Shown: piece after piece, positions 39,950 through 52,667 of the stretch
Layout of the letters: every line of letters begins with the position of its first letter
Position numbering within the stretch: position 1 is the stretch's first letter
NCBI GenBank assembly: GCA_964016885.1
Contig: OZ024741.1
Coordinates: 341,992,001 to 342,056,000 of the forward strand
Source of the DNA: Eledone cirrhosa
Lineage: Eukaryota
Length of the DNA stretch: 64,000 nt
Direction: 5' to 3'
Position numbers and translations under genes: made by a program
The notes under the pieces: generated by a model
The model's input: only the letters and a program-made list of their open reading frames with translations
Database searches by the model: none
What the model was told of the DNA's origin: nothing

Positions 39950-40955
39950 CTACTACCAACACCACAACACACACACACAACACACACTACTCATACTACC
40001 TCTACCACCATACTACCACCACCACACACAATCACTACTACCACCACACACTACCACCACATACTACTACCACCACCACCCAAATACCACCACCACTACC
40101 ACCACCCACAGATACACCACCACCACACACTACCATCACCACCACCACCACCACCACCCACAGACACACCACCACCACGCACTACCACCACCACCACCAC
40201 CCACAGACACACCACCACCACACACTACCACCACCACCACCCACAGACACACCACCACCACACACAATCACCAGTACCACCACCACCACCACCATACACT
40301 ACCACCAGTACCACCACCACCACCACCATACACTACCACCACCACCACCACACAATCACCACTACCACCACCACCACTACTACCACCACCACACACTACC
40401 ACCACCACCACCACCACCATTAACACCACACACTACCACCACCACCCACAGACACCATCAACACAGTGAAAACATGAAAGTGCAATTAGAGAGATGCAGT
40501 GTTCTTTGTTGTTGTCAGTACTGCAAAATGTGAGGCCTTTTACAACACATACACACTAAATACACTAACACACCTCAACAATGACACACACACACACACC
40601 ACCCTCCTCTCAACACTGACACACACACACCACCCTCCTCTCAACACACACCACCACCCTCCTCTCAACACTGACACACACACACCACTCTCCTCTCAAC
40701 ACACACACACCACCCTCCTCTCAACACTGACACACACACCACCACCCTCCTCTCAACACACGCACACCACTCTCAACAATGACATACACACACCACCCTC
40801 CTCTCAACACACAGACACCACCCTCCTCTCAACAATGACATACACACACACCACCCTCCTCTCAACACTGACACACACACACCACTACCCTCCTCTTAAC
40901 ACTGACACACACACACCACCCTCCCCTCAACACTAACACCCTCCTCCCAACACTA
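39950..40955. repeat. (CAC)-rich minisatellite (39950-40460) and CACCACCCTCCTCTCAACACTGACACA minisatellite (40580-40955)
   Basis: Directly visible. Confidence 0.9.
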
Positions 40956-40977
40956 AATTTTCTTTTTTATTTTTGTA

Positions 40978-42530
40978 TTAAATTGTATCATCTAGTACAG
41001 GTAATTGATGATAACCTCGGTTGAGGTAGATTTGGGAGAAAATCGAGCACCCTGCTAACTGAACCGAGAAGCCTTGTATATGCAGAATGGTGTAGCAGTA
41101 GGGTGAAGTACTTTTAAGATGGTGATAATCCCTGCTGGGTCGCCAAGCTCTATTGGGTTTGGGCGCTTCGTGTAGAGGGGAAGACCAGGGATGGTTTGAT
41201 CGATGAACTATGCCCAAAGCTTCCATATTGTCAAATTTGACCTTCACAATAGTAAATATGTCTGGTGGTACACAACATACACTGTTGTGTACTGGAGAAC
41301 TGGTGGTTGGAATGTAGTGCTTTACTCTGTGGTGAGTTGTGGATTGGGAGATGTCATGATAATGAGTTTCAGGTAATTCAAAAGGAATCCGAGAACTTGT
41401 TCTTGGTCTCAGAGATGTTTGATATATGAAATGTCACACGTGCAGGTGTTGCCAGAGAAACAGAGGCATACTTACTGCTATTGATGAGTCGTCTCCCCTG
41501 ATTATCGACCAGCAGTGAGTGAGCCCGAAGGAAGTCTGCTCCAATGATAGACTGATGGGCATCAGCGACGGTGAACGTCCATGTATATTACAGTGAGCCT
41601 CTGTGGAGGGAGAGAGTACGGTATCTGTAAGCTTTGATTGTAGAATCATTGGCAGCTGCCACTGACTCCCCTCTCAATAACGGAGATCGTTTGCAGATGC
41701 CGGGATGACACTGACTTCTACCTCTGTGTCAATTAAAAATCTGACTGGAGATCTGATCATAGACATACAGGACAGTTGATCATGTTTGCCGACCACTAGG
41801 GTGTTTATTGGTGGTTGGTCCTAGAGTTTCTCCCAGAGTCGATGATGAAGAGCTATTGAAGTTACAAGGTTACTTGGTATCTTTTGCTTCAAATTTCTTG
41901 TGAAAGAAACACATATCACTTTACATGACCTCATTGGGGGATCCGTTTTTTATTTGGTGGGAATCCGGGGTTTTTTTTTGGGGGGGGGGGGTCCGTTTTT
42001 TATTTGTAGGTTCGTTTTTTTATTTTTTTTGGGGGGGGGATCCATTTTTTTTTTTGTTGGGGGAGTCCGTTTTTCATTTGAACGTCCGTTTTTTATTTGG
42101 GGGGAGGGGTCCGTTTTTTATTTGGGATTCCGTTTTTTATTTGGGCGGGATCCGTTTTTTATTTGGGGGCATCCACTTTTTATTTGGGATTTCATTTTTT
42201 ATTTGGGGCGGATCCGTTTTTTATTTGGGATTCTGTTTTTTTTTATTGGGGGGGGGGTCCGTTTTTTATTTGTAGGTCCGTTTTTTTTATTTGGGGGGAT
42301 CCGTTTCAGCATCTTCTACCTTGACCGGCCGCCAGCTGGCCAAAGTAGAAGATGCTGAAAGTTCGATCGCCCTCATGTCTCTGATTTTTCAGCCCCATGT
42401 ATTTTGTCTATTGTATTCCTTTGTTATATTTCAAATACCTGACGATGTCACCGGATTCCCACTGAGCCCGGTCATTGAAATGATCAGAGTATAATAAACC
42501 TTTCAAGGAAGTACATCAGTCCAGCCTCCT
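40978..42530 (-). pseudogene. Degraded Ty3/Gypsy LTR retrotransposon (gag end, protease, RT N-terminus)
   Basis: CFFHKKF...PCNF (gag end, ~41850-41915), FLIDTEVEVSVIP (protease, ~41700-41745), GIVHRSNHPWSSPLH...WRPSRDYHHL...GYHQLPV (RT). Confidence 0.8.
41935..42305. repeat. ~20-bp G/T-rich minisatellite (GGGGATCCGTTTTTTATTTG)n inside the Gypsy remnant
   Basis: Directly visible. Confidence 0.88.
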
Positions 42531-42534
42531 GTTC

Positions 42535-42881
42535 ATCATCATCATCATCATCATTTCATTTTACGTCCGCTTTTCCCTGCTTGCAAGGGTGGGACGGGAA
42601 CTGATTCTGGCTTGATTTCTACAGCTGGATGCCCTTCCTAACACCAACCTCATTTACAGTGAGTGCTGGGTGCTTTTTTGTCGTGGCACCTCCACGACCA
42701 CTTTGCAGTGGAATGATAGGGACCCCAGTCCCTATCATCTCATTTCTACAGCTGAGTAAACTGGAGCAATGTGAAATAAAGTGTCTTGCTCAAGGAAACA
42801 ACACATCACCCGGTCTGAGAATTGAACTCACAACCTTTTGATTGCAAGGCCAATGCTCTAACCACTAAGCCATGTGCCTCC
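42535..42881 (-). mobile_element. Family C SINE, full length
   Basis: tRNA head with A and B boxes, CORE-like domain, one subrepeat, RTE-C tail and (TGA)n. Confidence 0.92.
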
Positions 42882-44333
42882 ATATTTTATAATATATACA
42901 TATATATATATATATTCATTAAGCTAAATCCTAATTCTATTATAAGTTGAGCTAATGCAGCTTTATATGCAAATGAGATTAATCCCCTCATTTACACAGA
43001 CGAGAAAACCATATATTCTCGCCTGTTTTCAAGTCCAGCAGTCGCAAGAGTGGGAGGGACAGTCCTGATGAGAACCAGTTAAGTTCGAAATGCATCGATG
43101 GACACCACCAGAGTTCGAAATGCATGTTACATGTTATAAGAGTTCGAAATGCTTCTTCTGGACACCACCAGAGGGCGTAAGCCTCTGTGTTTTGCATAGC
43201 TTCAGTTTTCTAAATGTTTATCTATAAACATATTGTATTTCTATTTCTTTAGAAATACGAAATTTCAATACATATCGGCATACAGCTATGCATGAAGCTA
43301 AATCCTAATTCTATTCTATATATGTGTATGTATATATGTGTGTATGTATATATGTGTGTATGTATATATGTGTGTGTGTGTAATAATGATTATAATATAT
43401 ATGATTATAAAAACAGATTTCTTAATTAAAATGATTATAGAATCTTTACTGGTAGACAGAACATTGAGAAAATTTGTAGTAAATCTGTGTACATCATGAC
43501 TCATACACTGTTCACTTTCCTGACATTTGTACATTATTCTATGTACTATATATGCACTTTTGATGAGTTGTAGTGCACCTGAGCACTGTACACAATGATT
43601 TGCATTATTTATCTAACTAAAATAAAAACTCAAATTTGTTATGTGATGTAATCATAGTGCTGTTTTTTTACTTCTCAATGTTTTCAGGAGGTTTGACATT
43701 TCAAATGCTTATAGTATCTTTACTGATGGACAGATCATTGTGAAAATTTGCAGTAAAATAAAGAAAAGACTTTAATCTTTAATGTGATGCAGTCATAGTG
43801 CCATTTTGTAACATGCAGTTTAATGTGATGCAAAAAGTTAAGAGTTAATGTAATTCTTCAAGATCTGTCAATAATTATGCAGACATGCCCTCAGGTTAAA
43901 CAGAAAAAAAGAAAGGAAGCCTACCACCAAATCTCAGACAAAGAATCCTAATTACCATTATGACATCTTATGTATAAATTAGCATCATTAAATATTTTGA
44001 CACACTGTAACCAAGCTACTTAACACTTCAAATATTTCATTTCAGTCTGTCTATATATGTATGTGTGTGTATGTGTGTGTATGCTTGCATGTATGCATGT
44101 TTGTTCTTCTGATTTTATAATTTTATAAATTTTTACCAATAGAGAGAGTCGATTTCTAACAGAGATACAAGACTCTTTCATTGGAATTTACACAACATCA
44201 ACTAGGTAGATATGTATGTATATCTGCAAGCATGCATGTGTGTGCAGGTATGGATGTTATTGTATGCATGGAAGTGTATGTTTTGAGTTATATGTGTGCA
44301 TGTGCATATGTTATATATCTGTACATGCAGTTA

Positions 44334-45475
44334 TTAGATGCAGAATTTCTGGAACGTTTTACTTATTTTTACTGTTCCATTAATGGATTGTACTTGTAAT
44401 TTCCTAACTAGTTGTGTTCTTTCTGTTCCTGTGAAGCCCAGCTTCTCAAGATTTGTACTGAAGCAGTTACTAACATATCCCAGTGGCCCAATAATCACAG
44501 GCATAAATCTGAAGGTATAGTCAGGGTGGAGTTTCTGTAGATTTCTCATAAGTTCTGCATAGATATTCTCCCTTTCGCTAATCTTTAATATTATATTGGC
44601 ATCTGCTGGGCAACTAACTTCCACTACTGTGCATGCCTTCTTTTCCTTGTCCCATATCATTATATCTGGTCTGTTATGCCTGCATTTTATTGGGGTTTTT
44701 ACTGGAACATTCCATCAGTACTCTTTCATATTGTGTTTGCATAAGTCTTCCACATTGCTGTAACTTGTAATATGTTTATTGTCGGGGCTATATTTTCTAT
44801 AGATTGCATTGTATCACTACATCATGCCTCATAGGTAGATAGTACCGTGATGACATCTTTGAACAGCTGCTTATGAAATGGGTGACATCTTTGATGCTAA
44901 TTCTTCAAAGTCTGCATTTGTTGTCACATCTAAGTGTTTTGCCTGCCTCCATATCTCTTTTGTGAATCAAGTATTTTGTATTGACTTCCTGTTCTTGGAT
45001 TGCAAAAGCATATCCTTGAAAGTAAGAGCCGTAATATAGAAAGAGAGTAATATAGAAATAGAAAGAGAGTAATATAGAAAGTAAGAGAGTAATATAGAAA
45101 AGCAAAGTAGTCTATCTTGCAGCAACACCTGCTAGGTGTTGCTGCAAGATAGACTACTTTGCTTTTCTATATTACTCTCACTCTGGAGCTTCCTGGTAAC
45201 ATATCTATGCATAATCTTTTGCTGATAAGCATGCAGATTTTCATCGTTCGATTTGTTGTGCCATTGCTGGGCAACTTCCCTGTGTGTGAGTTTTTGGTTA
45301 TCTTTCAAGTAGCTCCTTCCCAACTCTCATGATCTTATCCGTCTCAAGCAGACAGACTTTCTCAATAGATGGGCTCCTACGTTTGGGGGTTCATAGATGT
45401 TGTTGAGGAGATACGATGCGACACTCAAATGCTGTCTGGAATGATGTTAGGCCTCTGCCGTGCTTATGTTTTAAG
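44334..45475 (-). pseudogene. R4/Dong-like non-LTR retrotransposon 3' part (CCHC knuckle and restriction-like endonuclease)
   Basis: GRGLTSFQ, GYAFAIQEQEVNTK, KCRL...THFISSC, HNRPDIMIWD...VEVSCP...Y.EL...PVIIGPLG. Confidence 0.82.
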
Positions 45476-45781
45476 TAACGTATGTATGTATGATTATATA
45501 TGTGTGTATACATATGTATATAGTTGGCATTAGGAAGGGTATGCAGCCATAAAAACCAAACCAAGATACAGATCTATATGAACAAGACATGGTCACCTTT
45601 CTTGTATTTCAATGTGACAGTACATCTAACCCATGCAAGCATGGAAAAATAAACAATGATGATGATGTTATATATATATATTAGACAAACAGTATGTGTG
45701 CATATATATATATATATATACACATACATACACACACACACACATATATATATATAATCCTCATCATTATTTAACATCTGC

Positions 45782-45968
45782 GGTGGATTGGCAGTATCAG
45801 TAGAGGGTCGGACGCCATGCTTTGAAGCAAAGAGTTACAGCCCTTTCCATTCTGAGTTCAAATCCCGCCGAGGTTAACTTTGCCTTTCATCCTTACGGGG
45901 TCGATAAAATAAAGTACCAGTAATACACTAGTAATTGCTGGCCTTGTGCCAAAAGTAGAACCAATTAT
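45782..45968 (+). mobile_element. Family M SINE
   Basis: Full match; ATTATTTAACATCTGC occurs on both sides as a probable TSD. Confidence 0.88.
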
Positions 45969-46356
45969 TTAACATCTGCTTACCATGCCAGAAAGGATAA
46001 GGCTTATATTCTCCATGCTTCTTGAAATTCGCCAACACTGCACCTGATATCCCCCCCCCCTCCACACACACACACATGTATATCATGACTCATACACTGT
46101 TCACTTTCTTGACATTTGTACATTATTCTATGTACTATACATTCACCTTTGATGAGTTGTGTACCTGAACATTGTACACAAAAGTTTCATTACTATATGT
46201 ATGTAAAAGTATGTATGTAATTATATAGAATATATAATCATATATTCATACCTTCAGGAAGATATACACTGTACATTATAAATATCATGAGATAGAGAGA
46301 AAAAGAGATGGATAGATATAGATATAAATAGACAAAGATATAGATAGATAGATATA

Positions 46357-46457
46357 CAGGGTGTCCCCAGAAAAAGTATACACATTTCAACAGCATTCTA
46401 ATAAATATTGCCTGTACAGGTAATCAAGGTCTGTATACATTTTTGGGGGACACCCTG
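46357..46457. mobile_element. Tc1/mariner-type MITE (101 bp)
   Basis: TA-CAGGGTGTCCCC...GGGGACACCCTG-TA. Confidence 0.85.
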
Positions 46458-46977
46458 TAGATATATCTATATATCGTAACTCATCTGATTCATTTTTTTT
46501 ACTTTTAAAGTTCCTCCTTACTCCAACTCCCAGCCCCCCCCCTACCCTTAACCACCCTCCTACAACCCCAAATCATAGGAACCTCCATGACACCCCCTCT
46601 CCCGCTGACTGTCCGTTGTTTAACGTAGTCTAACAGAAATGTCATAGCAGCCAAGCGCTCTACCAATCAGTTTAGTTTCATTAGATCAATGGCTTTAATG
46701 AACTACAGTCAAACATTTTAAAGATTTTCAAATCCATATTTCAAAATATTTCTGACATTCGTTCATTGTTATTGTTGTTGTTGCTAGGGTGGGTTCGATA
46801 GATCTTCAAAAGTATATTCTCTCTCTCATCACTCCAAACCCTGTTATTCCATTAGACAGGTAGACATTTTGGTTTTAGTTTCATAATTTCATTAATTATT
46901 TCTTGTTTCTCTCTTGTTCAATCTTTCTCACTATCTATCTATCTACCTATATCTACTTATAGTTATATCTATCCATT

Positions 46978-47015
<38 letters not shown>

Positions 47016-47619
47016 ATAGTTATGTCTATCTATATATTTGTCTACCTATATATCTATTCATTTCTCTATATATCTATATCTATATATATTTATCTCTCAC
47101 TCTCTCTCGATATATATATATATATATTATATATATATATATAAATATTTATTTAATATCTATTCATTATATAATATCTATTCATTATATAATATCTATG
47201 CATCTCTTTTTTTCCTCTTTCTATCTCATGATACTTATTACAAAACAACAGCAACACTACTTGTAAACAAGATTCTAATACATCATGAAATGCATTTCAA
47301 ATAACAACCAATGAAAATTTCTACATTTAATTCTCTTTCTGCAGGTTTTCAAAGTCAGGAGGAGAGGGGAGGGGGGGGGGTCACTAAATCATCATCATCA
47401 TCATTATTTAACGTCTGTTTTTCCTGCTAACAAGGGTTGGACGAGTTGTAAACAGACCAGGTGAGTACTAGTGACCCCACTGATGAGCTAGGAGCCTGCA
47501 CTACTAAACTGTAGTTCTTTTTCAACTATCATTTATAGTGATCAACTATTATTACAGTTAACTGTATTGAGGCAACTCAATACAGTTAACTATAATAAAA
47601 TTAACCAGATGTTTACATT

Positions 47620-48052
47620 CTATTGTGTTGATGACATAATAAAAAGCACCCAGCCCACCTTGTAGAGTAGTAGTGTTGGTGACATGACAAAAAGCATCCA
47701 GTCCAACTTGTCATTTGGTCATTTTGGTGCTACGATAAAAAGCACCCAGCCTAGCCCTGTAAAGTGGTCGTGTTGGAGACGTGACAAAAAGCACTCAGTC
47801 CACCTTGTAAGGTGGTTGTATTGGTGACACAATCCAACCAGTCAGTTGGTCATTTTGGTGCCACGATAAAAAGCACCCAGTCCACTCTGTAAATGTGGTT
47901 GACATTAGGAAAGGCATCCAGCCATAGAAACTAAGCCAGAAACAGTTCTGTATGAGCAAGACGTGGTCACTTGATCTGACTTGTCTCACAATGGGACAAT
48001 TCATCTAACCCATGCTAGTGTGGAAAATGAACATTAAACAGTGGTGATGATG
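47620..48052 (+). mobile_element. Retroelement 3' module with five or six 48-49-bp subrepeats and RTE tail
   Basis: AAAAAGCA recurs at spacings 48, 48 and 49; same tail as 9455-9812. Confidence 0.8.
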
Positions 48053-48062
48053 AGATCTAAAA

Positions 48063-48316
48063 TTAAATCTTTTGATATCAAACTGCCTAAAACTCTCCTT
48101 GGTTCTATGATACAAAACTGTTTGTTTTAAACTGCTTATATTTAAATTTAAACCTTCCATCATAGTTTTATGTAACAATCTGTATTAAGTTATGTTCGAA
48201 ATAAATTAAAAATGAGAAAATTATTTTCCTAAATCTTTCCACAATCTTGGTTATTTTCAAAATGATTTGAAAATCATACAGTATTTCTAATGAAAGACTG
48301 CCTAACAAAAGAGTTA
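48063..48316 (-). mobile_element. piggyBac-like MITE, family of 10145
   Basis: TTAAATCTTTTGATATC...AAAAGAGTTAA. Confidence 0.5.
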
Positions 48317-48927
48317 AATTTTCTAAAAAGAATGTAATTAGCTGCAAAGGACCCTTTAGTGTAAATGGTTAAACGTGCTTGTGTGGCATATGAGAGATGT
48401 GTGATTCAATACCCGACTGGAATCTCTCTCCACATTTTTCCATCTCCAGTGGTACTTGACCGACCGACCGAGCTTGTTTGTTTGTTTGTTTGTTTGTTTG
48501 TGTTTGTGTTTGTGTGTGCGTGTGTGTGTGTGTGTGTGTGCGTGTTTGTGCGTGTGTGTTTGTGCGTGTGTGTTTGTGTGTTTGTGCGTGTTTGTGTATG
48601 TGCGTGTTTGTGTGTGTGTATTTGTTTATTTGATATAATAAATTCTATTTAAACTTATTTTTTTTATATCTGAACTTCATTTGAATATATAAAATTTAAT
48701 AAGCGTAAAATTTTACTTATGTGATAGGGTCCGGAAAAACACCATAAGCAATTTATGCTCCTTTAAGAATCAACAAATATTGGTTTGTCCCCCTCATATT
48801 TTTAAGGCAAACAAGGCCCCTGCATATGTGTGATAAAGTTTACATGATAAATGTTATAGCATGCGCTTGAAAAAATACTAAATACTATAACATGAAGCCA
48901 ACCAATCACTGGTGAGAATCTTTACCA

Positions 48928-50075
48928 AATAATTGTTTCTACTTTTGGCACAAGGCCAGCAATTATTCCAGTGTATTACTGGTACTTTATTTTATCGACC
49001 CCGTAAGGATGAAAAGCAAAGTTAACCTCGGCAGAATTTGAACTCAGACCTTAAAGGGTCGTAACTCTATGCTGCAAAGCATGGCATCCGACCTGCTACC
49101 GATACTGCCAATTTACCAAATAATAGTGCAAAATTCATTGTGGATTGGCAGTATCGGTAGAGGGTCGGATGCCATGCTTTGCAGCATAGAGTTACGGCCC
49201 TTTGAGGTCTGAGTTCAAGTCCCGCCGAGGTTAACTTTGCCTTTCATCCTTACGGGGTCGATAAAATAAAGTACCAGTAATGCACTGGAATAATTGCTGG
49301 CCTTGTGCCAAAAGTAGAAGCAATTATTATAAACGCTGCCACAAATGATATATTCAGTCACATATAACGAAATACATATTTTTTTTTTAATGAAATGCAG
49401 TTCCATTATTATTGGCAGTATCGGTAGAGAGTCGGACGCCATGCTTTCCAGCATAGTTACGTCCCTTTACGATCTGAGTTCAAATCCCGCCGAGGTTGAC
49501 TTTGCCTTTCATCCTTACGGGGGTCGATAAAATAAAGTACCAGTAATGCACTGGGGGATTGCTGGCCTTGTGCCTAAAGTAGAAACAATTATTTTTAATT
49601 TTAAAAAATATAATAACATTATAAATAAAAAGAAATAGAAATATAATAATTGTTTCTACTTTCGGCACAAGGCCAGCAATTAACCAGTACATTACTGGTA
49701 CTTTATTTTATCGACCTCGCAAGGTGAAAGGCAAATAATAATGATTTCTTATATAGGCACAAGGCCAATAATTTGGGGGAGGGGGAAGTCGATTAAATCG
49801 ACCCAGTACATTACTGGTACTTTATTTTATCGACTCCGTAAGGATGAAAGGCAAAGTTAACCTCGGTGGGATTTGAACTCAATATAATAATTGTTTCTAC
49901 TTTAGGTACAAGGTCATCAATTATCCCAGTGTATTACTGGTACTTTATTTTATCGACCCCGTAAGGATGAAAAGCGAAGTTAACCTTGGCGGGATTTGAA
50001 CTCAGACCATAAAGGGCTGTAACTCTATGCTGCAAAGCATGGCGTCCGACTCTCTACCGATATTGCCAGTCCACG
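48928..50075. mobile_element. Cluster of about six family M SINEs in both orientations
   Basis: Copies at 48928-49111(-), 49141-49330(+), 49411-49592(+), 49646-49735(-), 49740-49881(-), 49887-50075(-). Confidence 0.9.
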
Positions 50076-50099
50076 CTGCGAACTCAATATAATAATACA

Positions 50100-50490
50100 A
50101 TGCTTACAGAACCAAAGCACAAACGAATATAAAATAAAGGAAGGTGTAGACAACCGAGCCACTACTTGAGCAAAAGATAACAGTATCGCGAGGAGCACTG
50201 GGAAACCTCTCTAATGATTTTTTAGGCAAGCCAGCACGCTCGCGGCATTACCTCCGGTGATGGCCAGGCTGATGCGTTGGAACAACCAGGCGCTCTCACG
50301 AGATTCACCAGTTACCTCTATTAGACGAGCCGCCAGTGATAGGAATCTCGCAGTCAGCAGCCCGACTCCCCCGAACGTCTCGATTGCCAGTATATATCGA
50401 CAGTCGATCAACAAGATCGAAGACCTCATTCGCTTAACAAGTGGGGTAGAGCTCGTCAAATCGGACCGAGGAAACACTGTTTCCATTGGT
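50100..50490 (-). pseudogene. CRE-clade non-LTR retrotransposon C-terminus
   Basis: LAIETFG...ARFL...ARLIEVTGESRESAWLFQRISLAITGGNAASVL, the conserved CRE-like RLE end. Confidence 0.78.
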
Positions 50491-50509
50491 CTACTACTAT
50501 CTGTCTAAT

Positions 50510-51408
50510 CAGTGGCAGACTGGGTCTGAAAATATTGGTTGCCAGGAGATGAAGGGGGCTCACTTACATATAGGAGGCTATCGTTTAATTTGTATAATAC
50601 ATAAGTGGAAACAAAACAGTGCAATCAATTTTTTGTGGAAAACTATCTTACCTTTTCCAATAAAAAAAATAATGTATTTTGCAAAATCCAGAGACTTTCA
50701 ATAATGACCAGAAGTCGACCCTAAATATTATTAATAGTTCTAGGAAAGCCATGAACGACAACACATCTTTTTAACTTTGATTTTGAAAGTAGGTTTATAA
50801 TTATCAATTTTCATTATACACTTGTAGCTATCTCGGTGGCTTAGTTGGAGGAATCATAAACGGTGGTGATCCTGGGTGGGAGTAGGGTTCCCGGTAAACC
50901 TTTTTTTCTATGGGTTGTAAAATAAAAACGGTTACATGTACCTCTTGACTAGGATTGAACCCAAGGCCAGGAGCTCCACCGTCTCTAGTACCTACCGCTA
51001 GGCCAGAGACAACTATGAAAAGCTGATGAAAATTCATACTTATAAACCTACTTTCAAAATTTTCAAAACAAAGTGTTGTGGTGTCGTTCATGTCTTTCTT
51101 AATGTTATTGCTCCTAGTTAAGGTTGACTTCTAAGCTTTAGATTTAGTAGAATGTACAACCACCGATTCCAGATATTTGCACTATCGTATATTTTGGTTT
51201 CTAGTAATTCCCTGGGGAATTGGTTGACCAAATGCTTTGCTTAATTGTTTTTTTTTTTTTTTTTTATTCTTTCTCTTAGATTTCAGGTATTTTTTGAAAG
51301 CAAAGTATTGACCCCTAAAATACTAGAGTAGGCCCTGCAATGCTACCGTGGGCACCCTGGGGCCCACTTGCCATTGGATAAGCTGGCAACCTGGCCAGTT
51401 TGCCACTG
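50510..51408. mobile_element. Non-autonomous hAT (Tip100-like ends)
   Basis: TIRs CAGTGGCAGACTGG / CCAGTTTGCCACTG (13/14); perfect 8-bp TSD TGTCTAAT. Confidence 0.9.
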
Positions 51409-51859
51409 TGTCTAATATTATCTGTCGGTCGCAACTTCAGGTAGAAAGAGCAACTTGAAATAAAGTGTCTTGCTCAAGGACATTACACATCGCCCGTATT
51501 CACAGTTACAATCAATTACCTGTTCCAAGTCCCAATGCATCGATAATGCCTATTTTGCAAGGATATCTTTTCGATGGTGTAGTTCACAATTATGTTTATA
51601 AATCTTTTTTTTTTTCGTTTTTTTTTCTTCCCACGGAAATTACTGGAAGTTGTCTGTGATTTTAAAATAAGGAATTAGCCAAATCTTTGATGAGAAAATA
51701 CAAAATGTAAAACAAACAGAATAAAACATCACCTACCTGTGTTTCATTTGGTTCAGAATATCTTTGATGGCAGAGTAATCCAGAATTTGGGAACAAATCC
51801 TTTATTCAATTGGATTTTTCCTAGAAGTTTCCAGAGCCTGAAAAGAAATATATCTAAGA

Positions 51860-52172
51860 ATGGTTTCTAGTATAGGCACAAGGCCAGTAATTTAGGGGGA
51901 GGGGAAAGTCGATTAAATCGACCGCAGTGCATTACTGGTGCTTTATTTTATCGACTTCGTAAGGATAAAAGACAAAGCTAACCTCAGCAGGATTTGAAAT
52001 CAGAATGTAAAGGGCCGTAACTATATGCCACAAAGCATAATGTCATAATAATTGTTTCTACATTTAGTATAATGCCAGCAATTTGAAAGGAAGGCGGAAT
52101 TTGAACTCAGATCGTAAAGGGCCGTAACGCTATGCTGCAAAGCATGGAGTCTGACACTCTACCGATATTGCC
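51860..52172 (-). mobile_element. Degraded family M SINE copies
   Basis: Reverse-complement matches to core, tail and head. Confidence 0.75.
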
Positions 52173-52348
52173 ACAGGTAATGCTAGGAACAACATGTAAC
52201 TCAAATTTTAAAGAACACTCAAATACCTCGCGTCTTAGAGAGAAAACATAGCATAAGAAGTTGTTAGCTTGAATCCCAAGTGCAGTGTATGAATACAATG
52301 AGTGTGGACTCGTGAAGAATTTTAAAGATTCAAGGAATTGCCTTTGGT

Positions 52349-52667
52349 CAGAGGTTCTCAAAGTGGACTCTACCACCACCCGGGGACGTTGAGAAGGTCC
52401 AGAGGACGATGGGTAGAGATGATACAATAGTATATAAAATATCAAATGATATATATTCTATATAAATATAGTAAAATAAAAAATATATAATATCAATTTA
52501 TACATAATATACATTATATTATTTATTGTATATCAATTAACGATTTTATTTATATATTATTTCCAATTTGGGTGTAGGCAGGTCTCTCTGGAAATAGGGT
52601 TGGGAGCGCTGAGGGTATTACGTGGCCGTGAGGGATGGCAGTGACCCAAAAGGTTTGAGTACCTCTG
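52349..52667. mobile_element. hAT (Charlie-like) MITE
   Basis: TIRs CAGAGGTTCTCAAA / TTTGAGTACCTCTG (13/14); 8-bp TSD CCTTTGGT/CCTTAGGT. Confidence 0.85.

Noticed and set aside
41900-42358. G/F-rich ORFs
   Set aside because: Translation of a G/T minisatellite with homopolymer-length noise.
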